From NCBI GenBank assembly GCA_903884815.1, contig CAISGE010000004.1, positions 5,136-69,135 on the forward strand: DNA of 64,000 bases, given 5' to 3'. Under the pieces are notes generated by a model. That model saw only the letters and a program-made list of their open reading frames with translations. It ran no database searches and was not told the origin of the DNA. Both the position numbers and the translations under genes were made by a program. Shown piece after piece: positions 43,933 through 53,711 of the stretch (the first letter of the stretch is position 1; every line of letters starts with the position of its first letter). This stretch comes from Candidatus Omnitrophota bacterium (GTDB lineage: Bacteria; Omnitrophota; Omnitrophia; Omnitrophales; Aquincolibacteriaceae).

Positions 43933-44592
43933 CTAGCGCGGAACCTGAAAATAAATGTCCGGATTCATGTCGACGTTTTGTATCGTAACATTAAAGACCT
44001 TCTCAAGACCCGCCCGGATCGCACAAATAATCGCATCGCGCCCGATGCCCGCAGGAATGCTAATCGACTCATGATGCAGGAGGACTCCATCCGAACGCTT
44101 CTGGGCACCGCCCGCGATCTTCTTCCCATTCCAGGACAGATCGCTTTCGACCGGGAAATCGAAGCAGTCGCTCCCTTTCGGCAAGGACGTATTGCAAGCG
44201 TAGAACTTCGCATCAAGCCCGAGGGATTGAAGCCCAGCCTGAACCGCATCGTGAAGCATTTTGTAGCTTGTCCGGACCGACCCCAAGGCCGACTCCGAAT
44301 TCGCAAAAGGGGCAATCAATGAAAAAATCAAATCCTTTCCATGGAGCACGCAACCGCCGCCCGTAATGCGGCGGCAAACCGGCACCCGTGGATTTTGAAG
44401 AATCATGGAGGACTTTCCGAGCGCGGCCTCATCACGGAACGAATATCCCACACTGATCCATGTTTCGGAGGATACATAGAAACGGAGAAGAGGGTCATGG
44501 CCCTTCCCCTTCTGAGATTCAAAGAGGACTTCATCAAGCGCCATCTGAAAAGGCATCGGCGCTGCGATCGTAGGGAGCAAACTCCAGATCAT
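43933..44592 (-). CDS. lipoate-protein ligase / octanoyltransferase (LplA/LipM family)
   Basis: MALDE, RRITGGGCVLH, KIAGGAQKR; next to the gcv genes. Confidence 0.9.
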   Translation of the reverse strand: MIWSLLPTIAAPMPFQMALDEVLFESQKGKGHDPLLRFYVSSETWISVGYSFRDEAALGKSSMILQNPRVPVCRRITGGGCVLHGKDLIFSLIAPFANSESALGSVRTSYKMLHDAVQAGLQSLGLDAKFYACNTSLPKGSDCFDFPVESDLSWNGKKIAGGAQKRSDGVLLHHESISIPAGIGRDAIICAIRAGLEKVFNVTIQNVDMNPDIYFQVPR

Positions 44593-46088
44593 GCTACGGC
44601 TTCAGCCAACAGTACTTTTTCCCGGACTTGATCACGGTAGGACAAAATAGGTTTCCGGGCGGCAAGAACATCATCCGGGCGGCGAACGGGAAGCGTGTGC
44701 GGCGCGGTTTTGATCATCTCAGGATCGGCGACGATCTCCTTGGCGATAAGCTTCATGGTGTCGATAAACCGGTCGAGCGTCTCAATCGCCTCGGTTTCGG
44801 TAGGCTCGATCATGAGCGCTTCGGAGACGACAAGCGGAAAATGGACCGTCGGCGCGTGGAATCCGAAATCCAGAAGACGTTTGCCCACATCCCCGGCATG
44901 GACGCCGTAGGCCCCAAAGGATTTGAGTGAGAGAACAAACTCGTGCATGCAAGGTCCGACGGTCGCGACAGTAAATGTGTCTTTGAGTTTTTCTTTCATG
45001 TAATTGGCGTTCAGGATCGCTGCCTCGCTTACTTTGCGGAGCCCCTCTTTCCCAAGCGTCTTCAGATAAGCATAAGCCCGGAGGATCACGCCGATATTTC
45101 CGTGGAACAGCTTCACCCTGCCGATCGATCGCGGGCCGGGAGACACCCACCGGTACCCCTCCTTCGTTTTCGATACAAGCGGGCCAGGAAGGAACGGCAT
45201 GAGATGTTTTTTGACGCCCACGGGTCCGGCCCCGGGACCGCCGCCGCCGTGAGGCGTTGAGAAAGTCTTGTGCAAATTAATGTGAATGATATCAAAGCCC
45301 ATGTCCCCTGGGCGGGCGATCCCGAGCAGCGGATTTAAATTGGCGCCGTCATAATAAAGCAGTCCGCCCTTCTCATGAACCAGCCTCGTGATCTCAAGAA
45401 TATTCTTTTCAAAAAGACCGAGTGTGTTCGGGTTCGTGAGCATGAGACAGGCCACATGCTCATCCAGATGAGATTTAAGATCTTCCATGTCCACGCAGCC
45501 GAGGCTGTTGGACTTGATCTCCACAACATGATAACCAAAAAGAGCCGCGCTCGCGGGATTGGTCCCATGGCTGGAATCCGGTACTAACACCTTCGTACGG
45601 TGGGTTTCCCTGCGCGACGCATGATAGGCGCGCACCAACATCATCCCGGTGAGTTCACCGTGTGCTCCAGCAGCGGGTTGCAATGTAAAGGCATCCATCC
45701 CCGAGATCTCCTTGAGTCCTTCCTCAAGTTCGGAGAGAACCTCCATCGTCCCCTGGGCGGTGGATTCCACTTGAAGCGGATGTAAAGCGGCAAACTTCGC
45801 CTGACGCGCCGCCCACTCATTGATCTTGGGATTGTATTTCATGGTGCAACTGCCGAGCGGATAGAAATGGGTATCAACTGAAAAATTCTTCCGTGAAAGA
45901 TTGATAAAGTGGCGCACAATGTCCGGCTCACTCAGCTCGGGAAATCCAATCGATGTTTGCCGCAATAGGCATTGAGGAATCGTTTCAAGCGGCTTTGCCT
46001 CAGAAAAACGGGACGCGGGCAGACGGACCGCTCTGCGACCGCGTTTACTCTTTTCAAAACTGAGACGGTCATCGAGAGAGATCAGCAT
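44589..46088 (-). CDS. gcvPB: glycine dehydrogenase subunit 2
   Basis: YPLGSCTMKYNP, QPAAGAHGE, HGTNPAS, NLHKTFSTPHGGGGPG. Confidence 0.97.
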   Translation of the reverse strand: MLISLDDRLSFEKSKRGRRAVRLPASRFSEAKPLETIPQCLLRQTSIGFPELSEPDIVRHFINLSRKNFSVDTHFYPLGSCTMKYNPKINEWAARQAKFAALHPLQVESTAQGTMEVLSELEEGLKEISGMDAFTLQPAAGAHGELTGMMLVRAYHASRRETHRTKVLVPDSSHGTNPASAALFGYHVVEIKSNSLGCVDMEDLKSHLDEHVACLMLTNPNTLGLFEKNILEITRLVHEKGGLLYYDGANLNPLLGIARPGDMGFDIIHINLHKTFSTPHGGGGPGAGPVGVKKHLMPFLPGPLVSKTKEGYRWVSPGPRSIGRVKLFHGNIGVILRAYAYLKTLGKEGLRKVSEAAILNANYMKEKLKDTFTVATVGPCMHEFVLSLKSFGAYGVHAGDVGKRLLDFGFHAPTVHFPLVVSEALMIEPTETEAIETLDRFIDTMKLIAKEIVADPEMIKTAPHTLPVRRPDDVLAARKPILSYRDQVREKVLLAEAVA

Positions 46089-47419
46089 TGGGAAAGAACC
46101 TCCACGAACCGGTCCAGGTCCTCTTTAGACTTCGTTTCAGTAGCGCAGACGAGGAATTGGTCCTTCATCTCGGGATAGAATTTCTCAAGAGAAACGCCGG
46201 GAAAAATTCCCTGCTTCATGCACTTCTCTTCGATTTTCTGAAAAGACTTCTTCGACTTCACCCTAAATTCGTTAAAGACCGTCTGGGCCGTATCGACTTC
46301 GAAATTTTTAATTTTTGAGATTTGAGATCGGAGATACGTCGCCCTGTCCCAGTTGATCTCAGCGATCTCGCGGATACCGGCCTTCCCTAACAATGTCATG
46401 TAGGCGCACGCGGCCAATGCGCAGAGCGCCTGATTGCTGCAAATATTCGAGCCCGCGCGTTCGCGGCGGATATGCTGCTCACGAGCCTGAAGCGTCAGAC
46501 AAAAAGCACGTTTCCCATCGGCATCAGTGGTAAGCCCGGCTAAACGTCCCGGAATACGCCGCATCAGAGCCTTGGAGGCTACAAAATAACCGAGATACGG
46601 CCCGCCAAACTGCATTGCAAGGCCCAAGGGCTGTCCTTCCCCCGCGGCGATATCCGCGCCCCACTCCCCGGGAGACTTAAAAAGTCCAAGCGACAAGGGA
46701 TTGGCTGTCAGGATCATAAGCGAACCATTCGCGTGGATCTGCTCGCTGACACCCTCGAGGTCTTCCACATTGCCAAAGAAGTTAGGCGTCTGAAAGATCA
46801 CACCTGCGACAGTTGCGTCAAGCTTCGCGGCCAGCGCACTCCGGTCAAAATTCCCCTTCACGTCAAAGCCGAGTTCCTCCACCTTGTAAGGTGTCCCCGC
46901 GAGATACGTGCGGATCGTCTCCAAATAATGAGGATGCACAGAACGGCTGATAAGGATCGTCGGGCGATCCGTCTGTTTCAAGGCGACCAGCGCGGCCTCC
47001 GCCAAAGCGGTAGCACCGTCATAATGCGAGGCGTTGGAAACATCAAGGCCTGTAAGCTCGGTCATAAGACTCTGGTACTCATAGATCGCCTGCAGGGTCC
47101 CCTGAGAAGCCTCGGGCTGATAAGGCGTGTAAGCGGTCATAAATTCCTGACGACCGACGATCTCCATCGCGGCGGCGGGGATAAAATGCTCATAGCTTCC
47201 GGCGCCCAGAAAAGAAAGGGCGTCCTGCGTGGTGGTATTCTTGCGGCCCAACTTTGTGATGAGGTCTTGGACTTCGGGTTCGCTTAACGCTGCCGGTAGC
47301 ACTATCTTGGGATCACGCAACGAAAGAGGGATATCCTTGATAAGATCGTCGAAGGAACGGACACCGATCTCCCCGAGTATGGCTTTTCTTTCTTCTTCCG
47401 TGAGCGAGAGGTAAGGCAT
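46082..47419 (-). CDS. gcvPA: glycine dehydrogenase subunit 1
   Basis: FLGAGSY, TAYTPYQPEASQG, NASHYDG, REQHIRRERA.SNIC.NQAL. Confidence 0.97.
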   Translation of the reverse strand: MPYLSLTEEERKAILGEIGVRSFDDLIKDIPLSLRDPKIVLPAALSEPEVQDLITKLGRKNTTTQDALSFLGAGSYEHFIPAAAMEIVGRQEFMTAYTPYQPEASQGTLQAIYEYQSLMTELTGLDVSNASHYDGATALAEAALVALKQTDRPTILISRSVHPHYLETIRTYLAGTPYKVEELGFDVKGNFDRSALAAKLDATVAGVIFQTPNFFGNVEDLEGVSEQIHANGSLMILTANPLSLGLFKSPGEWGADIAAGEGQPLGLAMQFGGPYLGYFVASKALMRRIPGRLAGLTTDADGKRAFCLTLQAREQHIRRERAGSNICSNQALCALAACAYMTLLGKAGIREIAEINWDRATYLRSQISKIKNFEVDTAQTVFNEFRVKSKKSFQKIEEKCMKQGIFPGVSLEKFYPEMKDQFLVCATETKSKEDLDRFVEVLSQC

Positions 47420-47431
47420 GAGTTATTTCGC

Positions 47432-47824
47432 TTAGTGTTTCGGGGCTTGCTCAACAGCCTCGAGATACTGGGCGGCCGTCAAAAGACTATTCAACTCAGA
47501 GGCATTGGAAACTTCCAGCTCAAAAAGCCAGCCGTCCGCGTAAGGGCTTTGATTGATCAGCCCGGGATTGGATTCAAGGGCTTTGTTCGCATCCGTGATC
47601 TTCCCCGAAACCGGAGCATAGATATCAAATGCCGCCTTCACGGATTCGACGACTGCGGCGGTCTTGGCCTGCTGGACCGCGGTGCCGAGTTTCGGCAGCT
47701 CCACGAACACAACATCCGAGATCTCCTTTTGAGCATATTCTGTCACGCCAACCTTGGCCTTGGCCCCCTGGACAGAGATCCATTCGTGGGTTTTAGTGTA
47801 ACGCAAATTTTCAGGAAAATTCAT
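47432..47824 (-). CDS. gcvH: glycine cleavage system H protein
   Basis: YTKTHEW, VESVKAA (lipoyl Lys), PYADGW. Confidence 0.97.
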   Translation of the reverse strand: MNFPENLRYTKTHEWISVQGAKAKVGVTEYAQKEISDVVFVELPKLGTAVQQAKTAAVVESVKAAFDIYAPVSGKITDANKALESNPGLINQSPYADGWLFELEVSNASELNSLLTAAQYLEAVEQAPKH

Positions 47825-47954
47825 GATTGCCTCCGTTGAGAATGTCTTAAATTCAAGGAAGAGTGGCGGGCATTTTACTCTTTCCGCCCAAACTTTTCAT
47901 TCTTTTTCATAATGGCAATTTGGGAGGTCCCAATAACCGCTTTGTGACAACAGA

Positions 47955-49055
47955 TCAAGATTGGGATCGTTTATAAAAAGGGAGCGAAACCACGATGGCT
48001 TTCACGGGTTTTTCACGTATCATAACATCGATCGTGTTCCCTGCAATTGCCTCAGCCGTTTTGACATAAGCCATACCAATATTTTTGCCCGTAGTCGGAA
48101 TAAAACTTCCGCTTGTGACTGACCCGATCGTCTTTCCGTTCTTCTGTATCTCGAAACTCTGGCGAGGAATACCGCGCTCGGTCATTTCCAGGCCGATCCG
48201 TTTTTTTTGAACACCCTTCAACTTCTGGTTTTTCAGGATCGTGCTTCCCGGAAATTCATGCTTGGTAAGGTCGATCGCCCATTCGAGAGCCGCCTCAAGG
48301 GGCGTGATCTCATCATTCAATTCGTGACCGTACAGAGGCATCGCCGCTTCAAGTCTCAAGGTATCCCGTGCCCCAAATCCGATCGGAAGAAGTCCATGCT
48401 TCTCCCCTACCCGAAAAAGGATATCCCAAACTTGTTTCAGCTTGGTCTTGGGGATCATGATCTCATAGCCGTCTTCGCCGGTATAACCTGTCCGCGCAAT
48501 GACACCGCCCTCAAAATCCTTGTAATGGAAACGCCGGAGGTCCTTATAAAACGCCCCGAAGCATTCCAGCAGGATCGTCTGACTGAGCGGACCTTGAAGC
48601 GCGAGAAGCCCCATATCCTCACTCATATCCGTTACGGTGACATCCCTTGGAACGCGGGCGTTAAACCAAGCAAAGTCTTTGGCAATATTCCCGGCATTCA
48701 CGATGATCAGAAATTTCTGCTCAGCCATGCGATAGACAATGATGTCATCCACCATTCCACCCTGATCGTTCACAAGGGGCATATAGATGGCCTGGCTGAA
48801 CTTCACGGGGGTGATCCTGCGGGGAAGATTCTTCTCCAGATAGCTCAATGCTCCGGGGCCTTCAACAAGAAACTCGCCCATATGGGAGATGTCGAAGAGG
48901 CCGGCCTTGGTGCGGACCGCGGTATGTTCTTCCATGATGCTCGTGTAGAAAAGAGGGACGAGCCATCCCCCGAAATCACCCATGCGGGCGCCTTTCAGAA
49001 GATGCTCTTCATGAAGAGGAAGTTTAGAAGGTTCGGTCTCTAAGGTCATGGTCAT
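47955..49055 (-). CDS. gcvT: aminomethyltransferase (glycine cleavage T protein)
   Basis: FDISHMGE, ALQGP, RTGYTGEDGYE, GARDTLRLEAAMPLYG. Confidence 0.97.
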   Translation of the reverse strand: MTMTLETEPSKLPLHEEHLLKGARMGDFGGWLVPLFYTSIMEEHTAVRTKAGLFDISHMGEFLVEGPGALSYLEKNLPRRITPVKFSQAIYMPLVNDQGGMVDDIIVYRMAEQKFLIIVNAGNIAKDFAWFNARVPRDVTVTDMSEDMGLLALQGPLSQTILLECFGAFYKDLRRFHYKDFEGGVIARTGYTGEDGYEIMIPKTKLKQVWDILFRVGEKHGLLPIGFGARDTLRLEAAMPLYGHELNDEITPLEAALEWAIDLTKHEFPGSTILKNQKLKGVQKKRIGLEMTERGIPRQSFEIQKNGKTIGSVTSGSFIPTTGKNIGMAYVKTAEAIAGNTIDVMIREKPVKAIVVSLPFYKRSQS

Positions 49056-49089
49056 GGCTTGAAGTTCGGATTGTTGAAAAGGAGGGTGG

Positions 49090-49117
49090 ATTATACCGCA
49101 AAAAAATTGGCGCGCTA
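49090..49117 (-). promoter_or_regulatory. candidate promoter for the gcv operon
   Basis: Minus strand TAGCGC-N16-TATAAT, with the -10 about 35 nt upstream of gcvT. Confidence 0.4.
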
Positions 49118-49212
49118 CTTATTTATGGCCTAAAAAACGCCAAACGGGAAGCGAAAATTCTTCGACGATTAGGCTCGGGAGTAGACTCCACCCGTTTCCC
49201 GTCCCCCGACGC

Positions 49213-50463
49213 CTAGAAGTAATTCGTAAACCAGGCGCGGAGAGAAGCCATGGACTTAGCCACAAGGCCACGTGGGGTGAAGAGAGCCTCCTGGGCCCGC
49301 TTGTAGGTCATGATCCAGCGGAACATCCCGAGCGCGGGCGCCATGGCGGGATCGCGGACCAGCTCCTGCGGAGCTTCAACCTGACGCGAGGTGCCAAGTT
49401 TTCCATCACGCGAAAATTCCTTCTGAACCCACTCTAAAAAACCGTCCGTCGTGACCGCTCCTCCAGTGAAAAGCACATGCGGGTACCGGACCTTCTCGTC
49501 CTGCATAAAAGAGTCCGCGGATTCGAGAATCTTCGTCATCCAGACATGCGAATGTTTGAAGAACTTCTCAAGAAATTCCTTGCGGGGGATCGACTGCTGG
49601 ACCTTGTCATTGCGGGTCACGAGCGGCACCAATTCCTCGCTCTGTTGTTCCCGCACATCAAGCGTCGCGAAGGATTCCTTCACTTTCTCGGCATCCCGTT
49701 CTTCGATATTCCAGTCCTTCGCCAAGCATTGTGTCAGGTAGTGCCCCCCCATCGGAAGCGTCCGCACCCCAGCCAAAAGACCATTCTTCCAGAGAACAAG
49801 TTGCGTCGCGTCGTCGGCAATATCAAGGATCATGACCCCTTCCTGCTTCTCCGCATCACCGAGCACTGCCTCCGACAAAGGAAGGACCTTCGGGAAGTAT
49901 CCTTCCACTTCCAGATCCAGAGTTTCAAAAACCTTGGCAATATTACGGAAGGACTGGAACTCCATCGTGTAAATTTGGAGCGTGACTCCGAGGCGTTCCG
50001 CTTCCAAACCCACGGGATTGCGCACAGCTGGCATGTCATTCACGAGGAACGATTCCGGAATGGCCTGGAGGATGGATTCAGTCAGCGGGAGGGTCGCCAC
50101 ATTGCGCGTCTGCTGGACCACGGACTGTACCTCATGCGAGGTGATCGTCCGCCGCTCCGGCGTATAATATTCGCAACTGGAGAACCGGTACATCTTGAAA
50201 CGGCTATTCCCGAGCACGACATAGACCGGCACCTGTTCCCAGGCTTCCGGAGGAAGAATTTCTTTGAGTAATTTCTCCAGAGAAGAGCTCGCGTTCTGAA
50301 GATTACAAACCAGACCTCTTTCAAAGCCTTCGGGGAAAAGAACTTCTTCATGACGAAGCACCTTGGGATTACTGCTCCCCGTATCCCCCAAGATCACCAT
50401 CAGTTTCCGAGTTCCAAGATAAACCACTACGCATTTATTTTTCAGATCCAACGGAAGGCTCAT
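49213..50463 (-). CDS. ftsA: cell division protein FtsA (divergent)
   Basis: Follows ftsQ; GFERGLV.N, NPVGLEAERL, AVL..EKQEGV..LDI, GGHYLT, TGG, C-terminal amphipathic helix SLRAWFTNYF. Confidence 0.85.
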   Translation of the reverse strand: MSLPLDLKNKCVVVYLGTRKLMVILGDTGSSNPKVLRHEEVLFPEGFERGLVCNLQNASSSLEKLLKEILPPEAWEQVPVYVVLGNSRFKMYRFSSCEYYTPERRTITSHEVQSVVQQTRNVATLPLTESILQAIPESFLVNDMPAVRNPVGLEAERLGVTLQIYTMEFQSFRNIAKVFETLDLEVEGYFPKVLPLSEAVLGDAEKQEGVMILDIADDATQLVLWKNGLLAGVRTLPMGGHYLTQCLAKDWNIEERDAEKVKESFATLDVREQQSEELVPLVTRNDKVQQSIPRKEFLEKFFKHSHVWMTKILESADSFMQDEKVRYPHVLFTGGAVTTDGFLEWVQKEFSRDGKLGTSRQVEAPQELVRDPAMAPALGMFRWIMTYKRAQEALFTPRGLVAKSMASLRAWFTNYF

Positions 50464-51275
50464 GATTTCCTTTTGACCGCAACGCGGTCGTATTGAAGAT
50501 CCATATATTCGATATTCTCACGGGGTTCGGTCTTAAAAAGATAGACCGCCTTGGTCAAAAAAGAAATACGCTCCGAGGCCTTGCGTCCTAATTGAAAATC
50601 GGGCCCCTCCCCCAAGCGAACCGTCACGTTTCCATACGGATCCAGGCTGATGCGCGTCACGGTTTCGTGGCGAGCGAGTTCGTGCCGGCGGAACGCCTTC
50701 ATAAAACGAAGCGCCTCCTCGAAACCTTTGTTTTGAAGCCGGCTCCCGATCCGGGGCTCCTTGAAAGGCTCGCTAAAATCCTCGATTAGGATCCACGCGG
50801 GATCACTCGCGGGACGGCCTTCAATAATAAATCCGTCATCCGCCGTGATGGCGTAAGCACCCCCCGGGCGTAATTGAACATTGGCGATGGGTTTCCGTTT
50901 TCGTATCTCAACACGCACCGTCCCGGGCATCTCGCGGACAACACGAACACTTTGCGCTCCTGGACCCAATTCGATGGTAGAAGCGATCCGATTCAGATCA
51001 AGCGTCAGAATGTTTTTCCCAAGGATCTTTTCCTCAAGCATCCGTATGCTCTGGGGTGAAAGGACGTCAGGAGGGATCACCCGGATCTCCTGGACCTTCA
51101 GCCAGCGATCCTCGCACAACGTTTTCTTAACGACTATCGCGCCATAGCCCAAAAGGCCCAGCACGATCACGACCGGAAGAAGTCTCCAGAGGAACCAAAG
51201 GATCCCGCGATATAAAGATCCGACCCAAGAAAAAATCCCGCCCTTTCTTCCTTTTTTGATCTTCTTTTTACCCAT
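50460..51275 (-). CDS. ftsQ: cell division protein FtsQ/DivIB
   Basis: Basic N-tail, single TM, POTRA-like region (REMPGTVRVEI), C-terminal YMDLQY; dcw position. Confidence 0.85.
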   Translation of the reverse strand: MGKKKIKKGRKGGIFSWVGSLYRGILWFLWRLLPVVIVLGLLGYGAIVVKKTLCEDRWLKVQEIRVIPPDVLSPQSIRMLEEKILGKNILTLDLNRIASTIELGPGAQSVRVVREMPGTVRVEIRKRKPIANVQLRPGGAYAITADDGFIIEGRPASDPAWILIEDFSEPFKEPRIGSRLQNKGFEEALRFMKAFRRHELARHETVTRISLDPYGNVTVRLGEGPDFQLGRKASERISFLTKAVYLFKTEPRENIEYMDLQYDRVAVKRKS

Positions 51276-51284
51276 AATGTATTA

Positions 51285-52238
51285 TTACATTCCCTTTCGT
51301 TCAAAAGCTTCCTTGAGCACGCGAAGACAGAGCTCCTCGAAACCAATACCCCTGGCTCGTGCCGCTTTGGGTAACAAACTAAATTCTGTAAGCCCGGGAA
51401 TGCTGTTTACTTCCAAGACATACGGCTGATTCTTTGAATCCAGCATCACATCGACCCGGGAAAATCCCTTAAGGCCCAACCCCCGATAAACCCGGTAGGC
51501 GATGGCCTGGATATTCTTGGCAACCTTGGCCGGGATCTTGGCCGGCACTTCATAGGTCGTCATGCCCTTAGTATATTTCGCTTTATAATCGTAAAAAGGC
51601 CGTGACGGTTTCACTTCCACGACGGGAAGTTTGAGATCCCCGAGCAAGCCTGCGGTAAGTTCCCGCCCGACGATACGTCTTTCGATCAAAAGACGCCCGA
51701 ACCGCTGAATCGAGCGCCTTAGTTTTTCGGCCGATCCTTGAAAATCTTCAACTAAGAAAACGCCCTGGCTCGAACCACCGTCAAGTGGCTTGGCAAAATA
51801 GGGCGTTGGAAATGCCGCGCCGGCTTTGCGCCAATTCTTCTTATCGATCACCGCATACTCAGGCGTCGGAATCCCCAGTTTTTCAAAGTAGTGCTTGCTA
51901 ATCGATTTATCAAAACTTTTCCGGCAAGCCACCGCCGGAGACCCCGTAAACCGTATCCTCTGGCGTTCCAGAATTTGCTGGATTGAACCGTCTTCTCCGC
52001 CATTCCCATGGAGCGCGATAAAAAGAATGTCCGCAGCGCGGCACTTCTTAGAAAAAGTCCTACGATCTGCGGGATCGATCGGGAAAGCCCGAACGCCGAC
52101 GCGTTTTAAAGCACGCGTCACGGCACGACCTGAACGAAGGGAAATCCGCCGTTCCGCAGAGAGGCCGCCACGAACAACTCCGACCTTGAGCCTCTCGAGA
52201 AAGGCAAATTCCTTCTTCTTCAAAAGAGATAATGACAT
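51285..52238 (-). CDS. ddl: D-alanine--D-alanine ligase
   Basis: GGLSAERRISL.SG, ALHG.GGEDG, KP..GGSS.G, YDYKAKY, EVNSIPG. Confidence 0.96.
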   Translation of the reverse strand: MSLSLLKKKEFAFLERLKVGVVRGGLSAERRISLRSGRAVTRALKRVGVRAFPIDPADRRTFSKKCRAADILFIALHGNGGEDGSIQQILERQRIRFTGSPAVACRKSFDKSISKHYFEKLGIPTPEYAVIDKKNWRKAGAAFPTPYFAKPLDGGSSQGVFLVEDFQGSAEKLRRSIQRFGRLLIERRIVGRELTAGLLGDLKLPVVEVKPSRPFYDYKAKYTKGMTTYEVPAKIPAKVAKNIQAIAYRVYRGLGLKGFSRVDVMLDSKNQPYVLEVNSIPGLTEFSLLPKAARARGIGFEELCLRVLKEAFERKGM

Positions 52239-52310
52239 AAGCAACGTTTCAAAAGTTTCTCATTGAATAAGACAACGTCGTAAGACCGCTGCCCGGATTA
52301 ATAAAAGATG

Positions 52311-53711
52311 CTAAGCCTGAGGACAGGCCTCAAGATGATGGACAAATTCGCCTGCGATGTCGCTGATATCCCCCGCACCCATGAAGATCATGACGCCATC
52401 CTTCAACGGATGCTCCGAAAGATATGGGAGAATCTGATCCTTATGCACGACCGAAACATGCGGATGACCCGTTTTTAGAATTTCCTGATAGACCAGGTCG
52501 ACATTGACACCTTCGGGATTGGCTTCCCCAGCACTGTAAATATCCGTCAACACGACTTCCTCGGCATCATCAAAGGCATGGGCGAAATCCCGGTAAAGAT
52601 TCTTGGTGCGGCTGTAGCGATGGGGCTGAAATATCACACGAACGTATTTTCCGGCTTCATGAAGCGCTGCCAAGACCGCCTTCACTTCGGTGGGATGATG
52701 CGCGTAATCATCCAAAACCAAAAATTGCGGGGTCTTCCCCTTGAGCTCCATGCGGCGACGCGTCCCCCTGAACGTGGCGAGCGCTTCGCGAACCAGATCC
52801 AGATCGAACCCCATATGGAGCAAGATGGATAAGGTTGCGAGGGCGTTTGCGATATTATGACGTCCAGGCACCGCGAGTTTCATGTGAGCGCTGTAGAAGC
52901 CCGATTCATAAAGATCGAACTCCGTGCCAAAAGCCTCAAGGCGGATATTCTGAGCCGAGTAAAAGCATTCTTCGGAGAATCCAAAATTGACGCTGGGGCG
53001 ACCGCTCTCACGCACGAGAAGACTTAGCGCGGGATCATCGCCGTAATAGGCAACAAGCCCTGGATCCTCGACTTGCTCGAGAAACCGTCGAAAAGAATCC
53101 GTCAAATTCTCCCAAGTTCCGTAATGATCGAGATGCTCGGCCTCGAGATTGGTGATAATCGAATAGTTAGGCGCGTAAAGTTCGTGTGAGCTGTCGCTTT
53201 CATCAACCTCGCTGACCCAATAATCGCTGCTGCCGGCCACGATATTCGTATTGTAATTGAGCATGTCACTTCCCACAAAGCAAGTGGGATTGGCCCCGAG
53301 CTGCGAGAGCACGTGAGAAACCATCGCCGAGGTCGTGGTCTTGCCATGGGTTCCCAACACGCCGATGGATGTTTCCGCATGATTTAAAAGCGAAGCCAGC
53401 ACCTCCGCGCGATGATGGACCTTGCGGCCAAGCTTCCGTGCTTCCTTGAGCTCCAGATGCTCTTTGCTGATCGCCGTGGAATAGATAATGAGATCCGCAT
53501 CCCCAAAAGCGACGTTTTTTTGTCCAATATGAACGGGAATCCCCGAACGGCGCAGAGTCACCGTGATAGCAGTCTCTTTATGATCCGAGCCTGAGACAGA
53601 AAGGCCCAGATGCTTCAAGATCCTGGCCAAACCGCTCATGCCGGAACCGCCGATCCCGATCAGATAGGCCGAGCGGCAACCCCGTATCAAATTATCGCTT
53701 ATGATTTTCAT
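52311..53711 (-). CDS. murC: UDP-N-acetylmuramate--L-alanine ligase
   Basis: GIGGSGMSG, GTHGKTTT, DES, DDYAHHPTE, FQPHRYSRT, MGAGDI. Confidence 0.97.
   Translation of the reverse strand: MKIISDNLIRGCRSAYLIGIGGSGMSGLARILKHLGLSVSGSDHKETAITVTLRRSGIPVHIGQKNVAFGDADLIIYSTAISKEHLELKEARKLGRKVHHRAEVLASLLNHAETSIGVLGTHGKTTTSAMVSHVLSQLGANPTCFVGSDMLNYNTNIVAGSSDYWVSEVDESDSSHELYAPNYSIITNLEAEHLDHYGTWENLTDSFRRFLEQVEDPGLVAYYGDDPALSLLVRESGRPSVNFGFSEECFYSAQNIRLEAFGTEFDLYESGFYSAHMKLAVPGRHNIANALATLSILLHMGFDLDLVREALATFRGTRRRMELKGKTPQFLVLDDYAHHPTEVKAVLAALHEAGKYVRVIFQPHRYSRTKNLYRDFAHAFDDAEEVVLTDIYSAGEANPEGVNVDLVYQEILKTGHPHVSVVHKDQILPYLSEHPLKDGVMIFMGAGDISDIAGEFVHHLEACPQA

Noticed and set aside
49056-49212. Glycine riboswitch upstream of gcvT
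   Set aside because: No GGAGA...CCGAAG...CTCTCAGG core, and the putative -10 leaves only a short leader.
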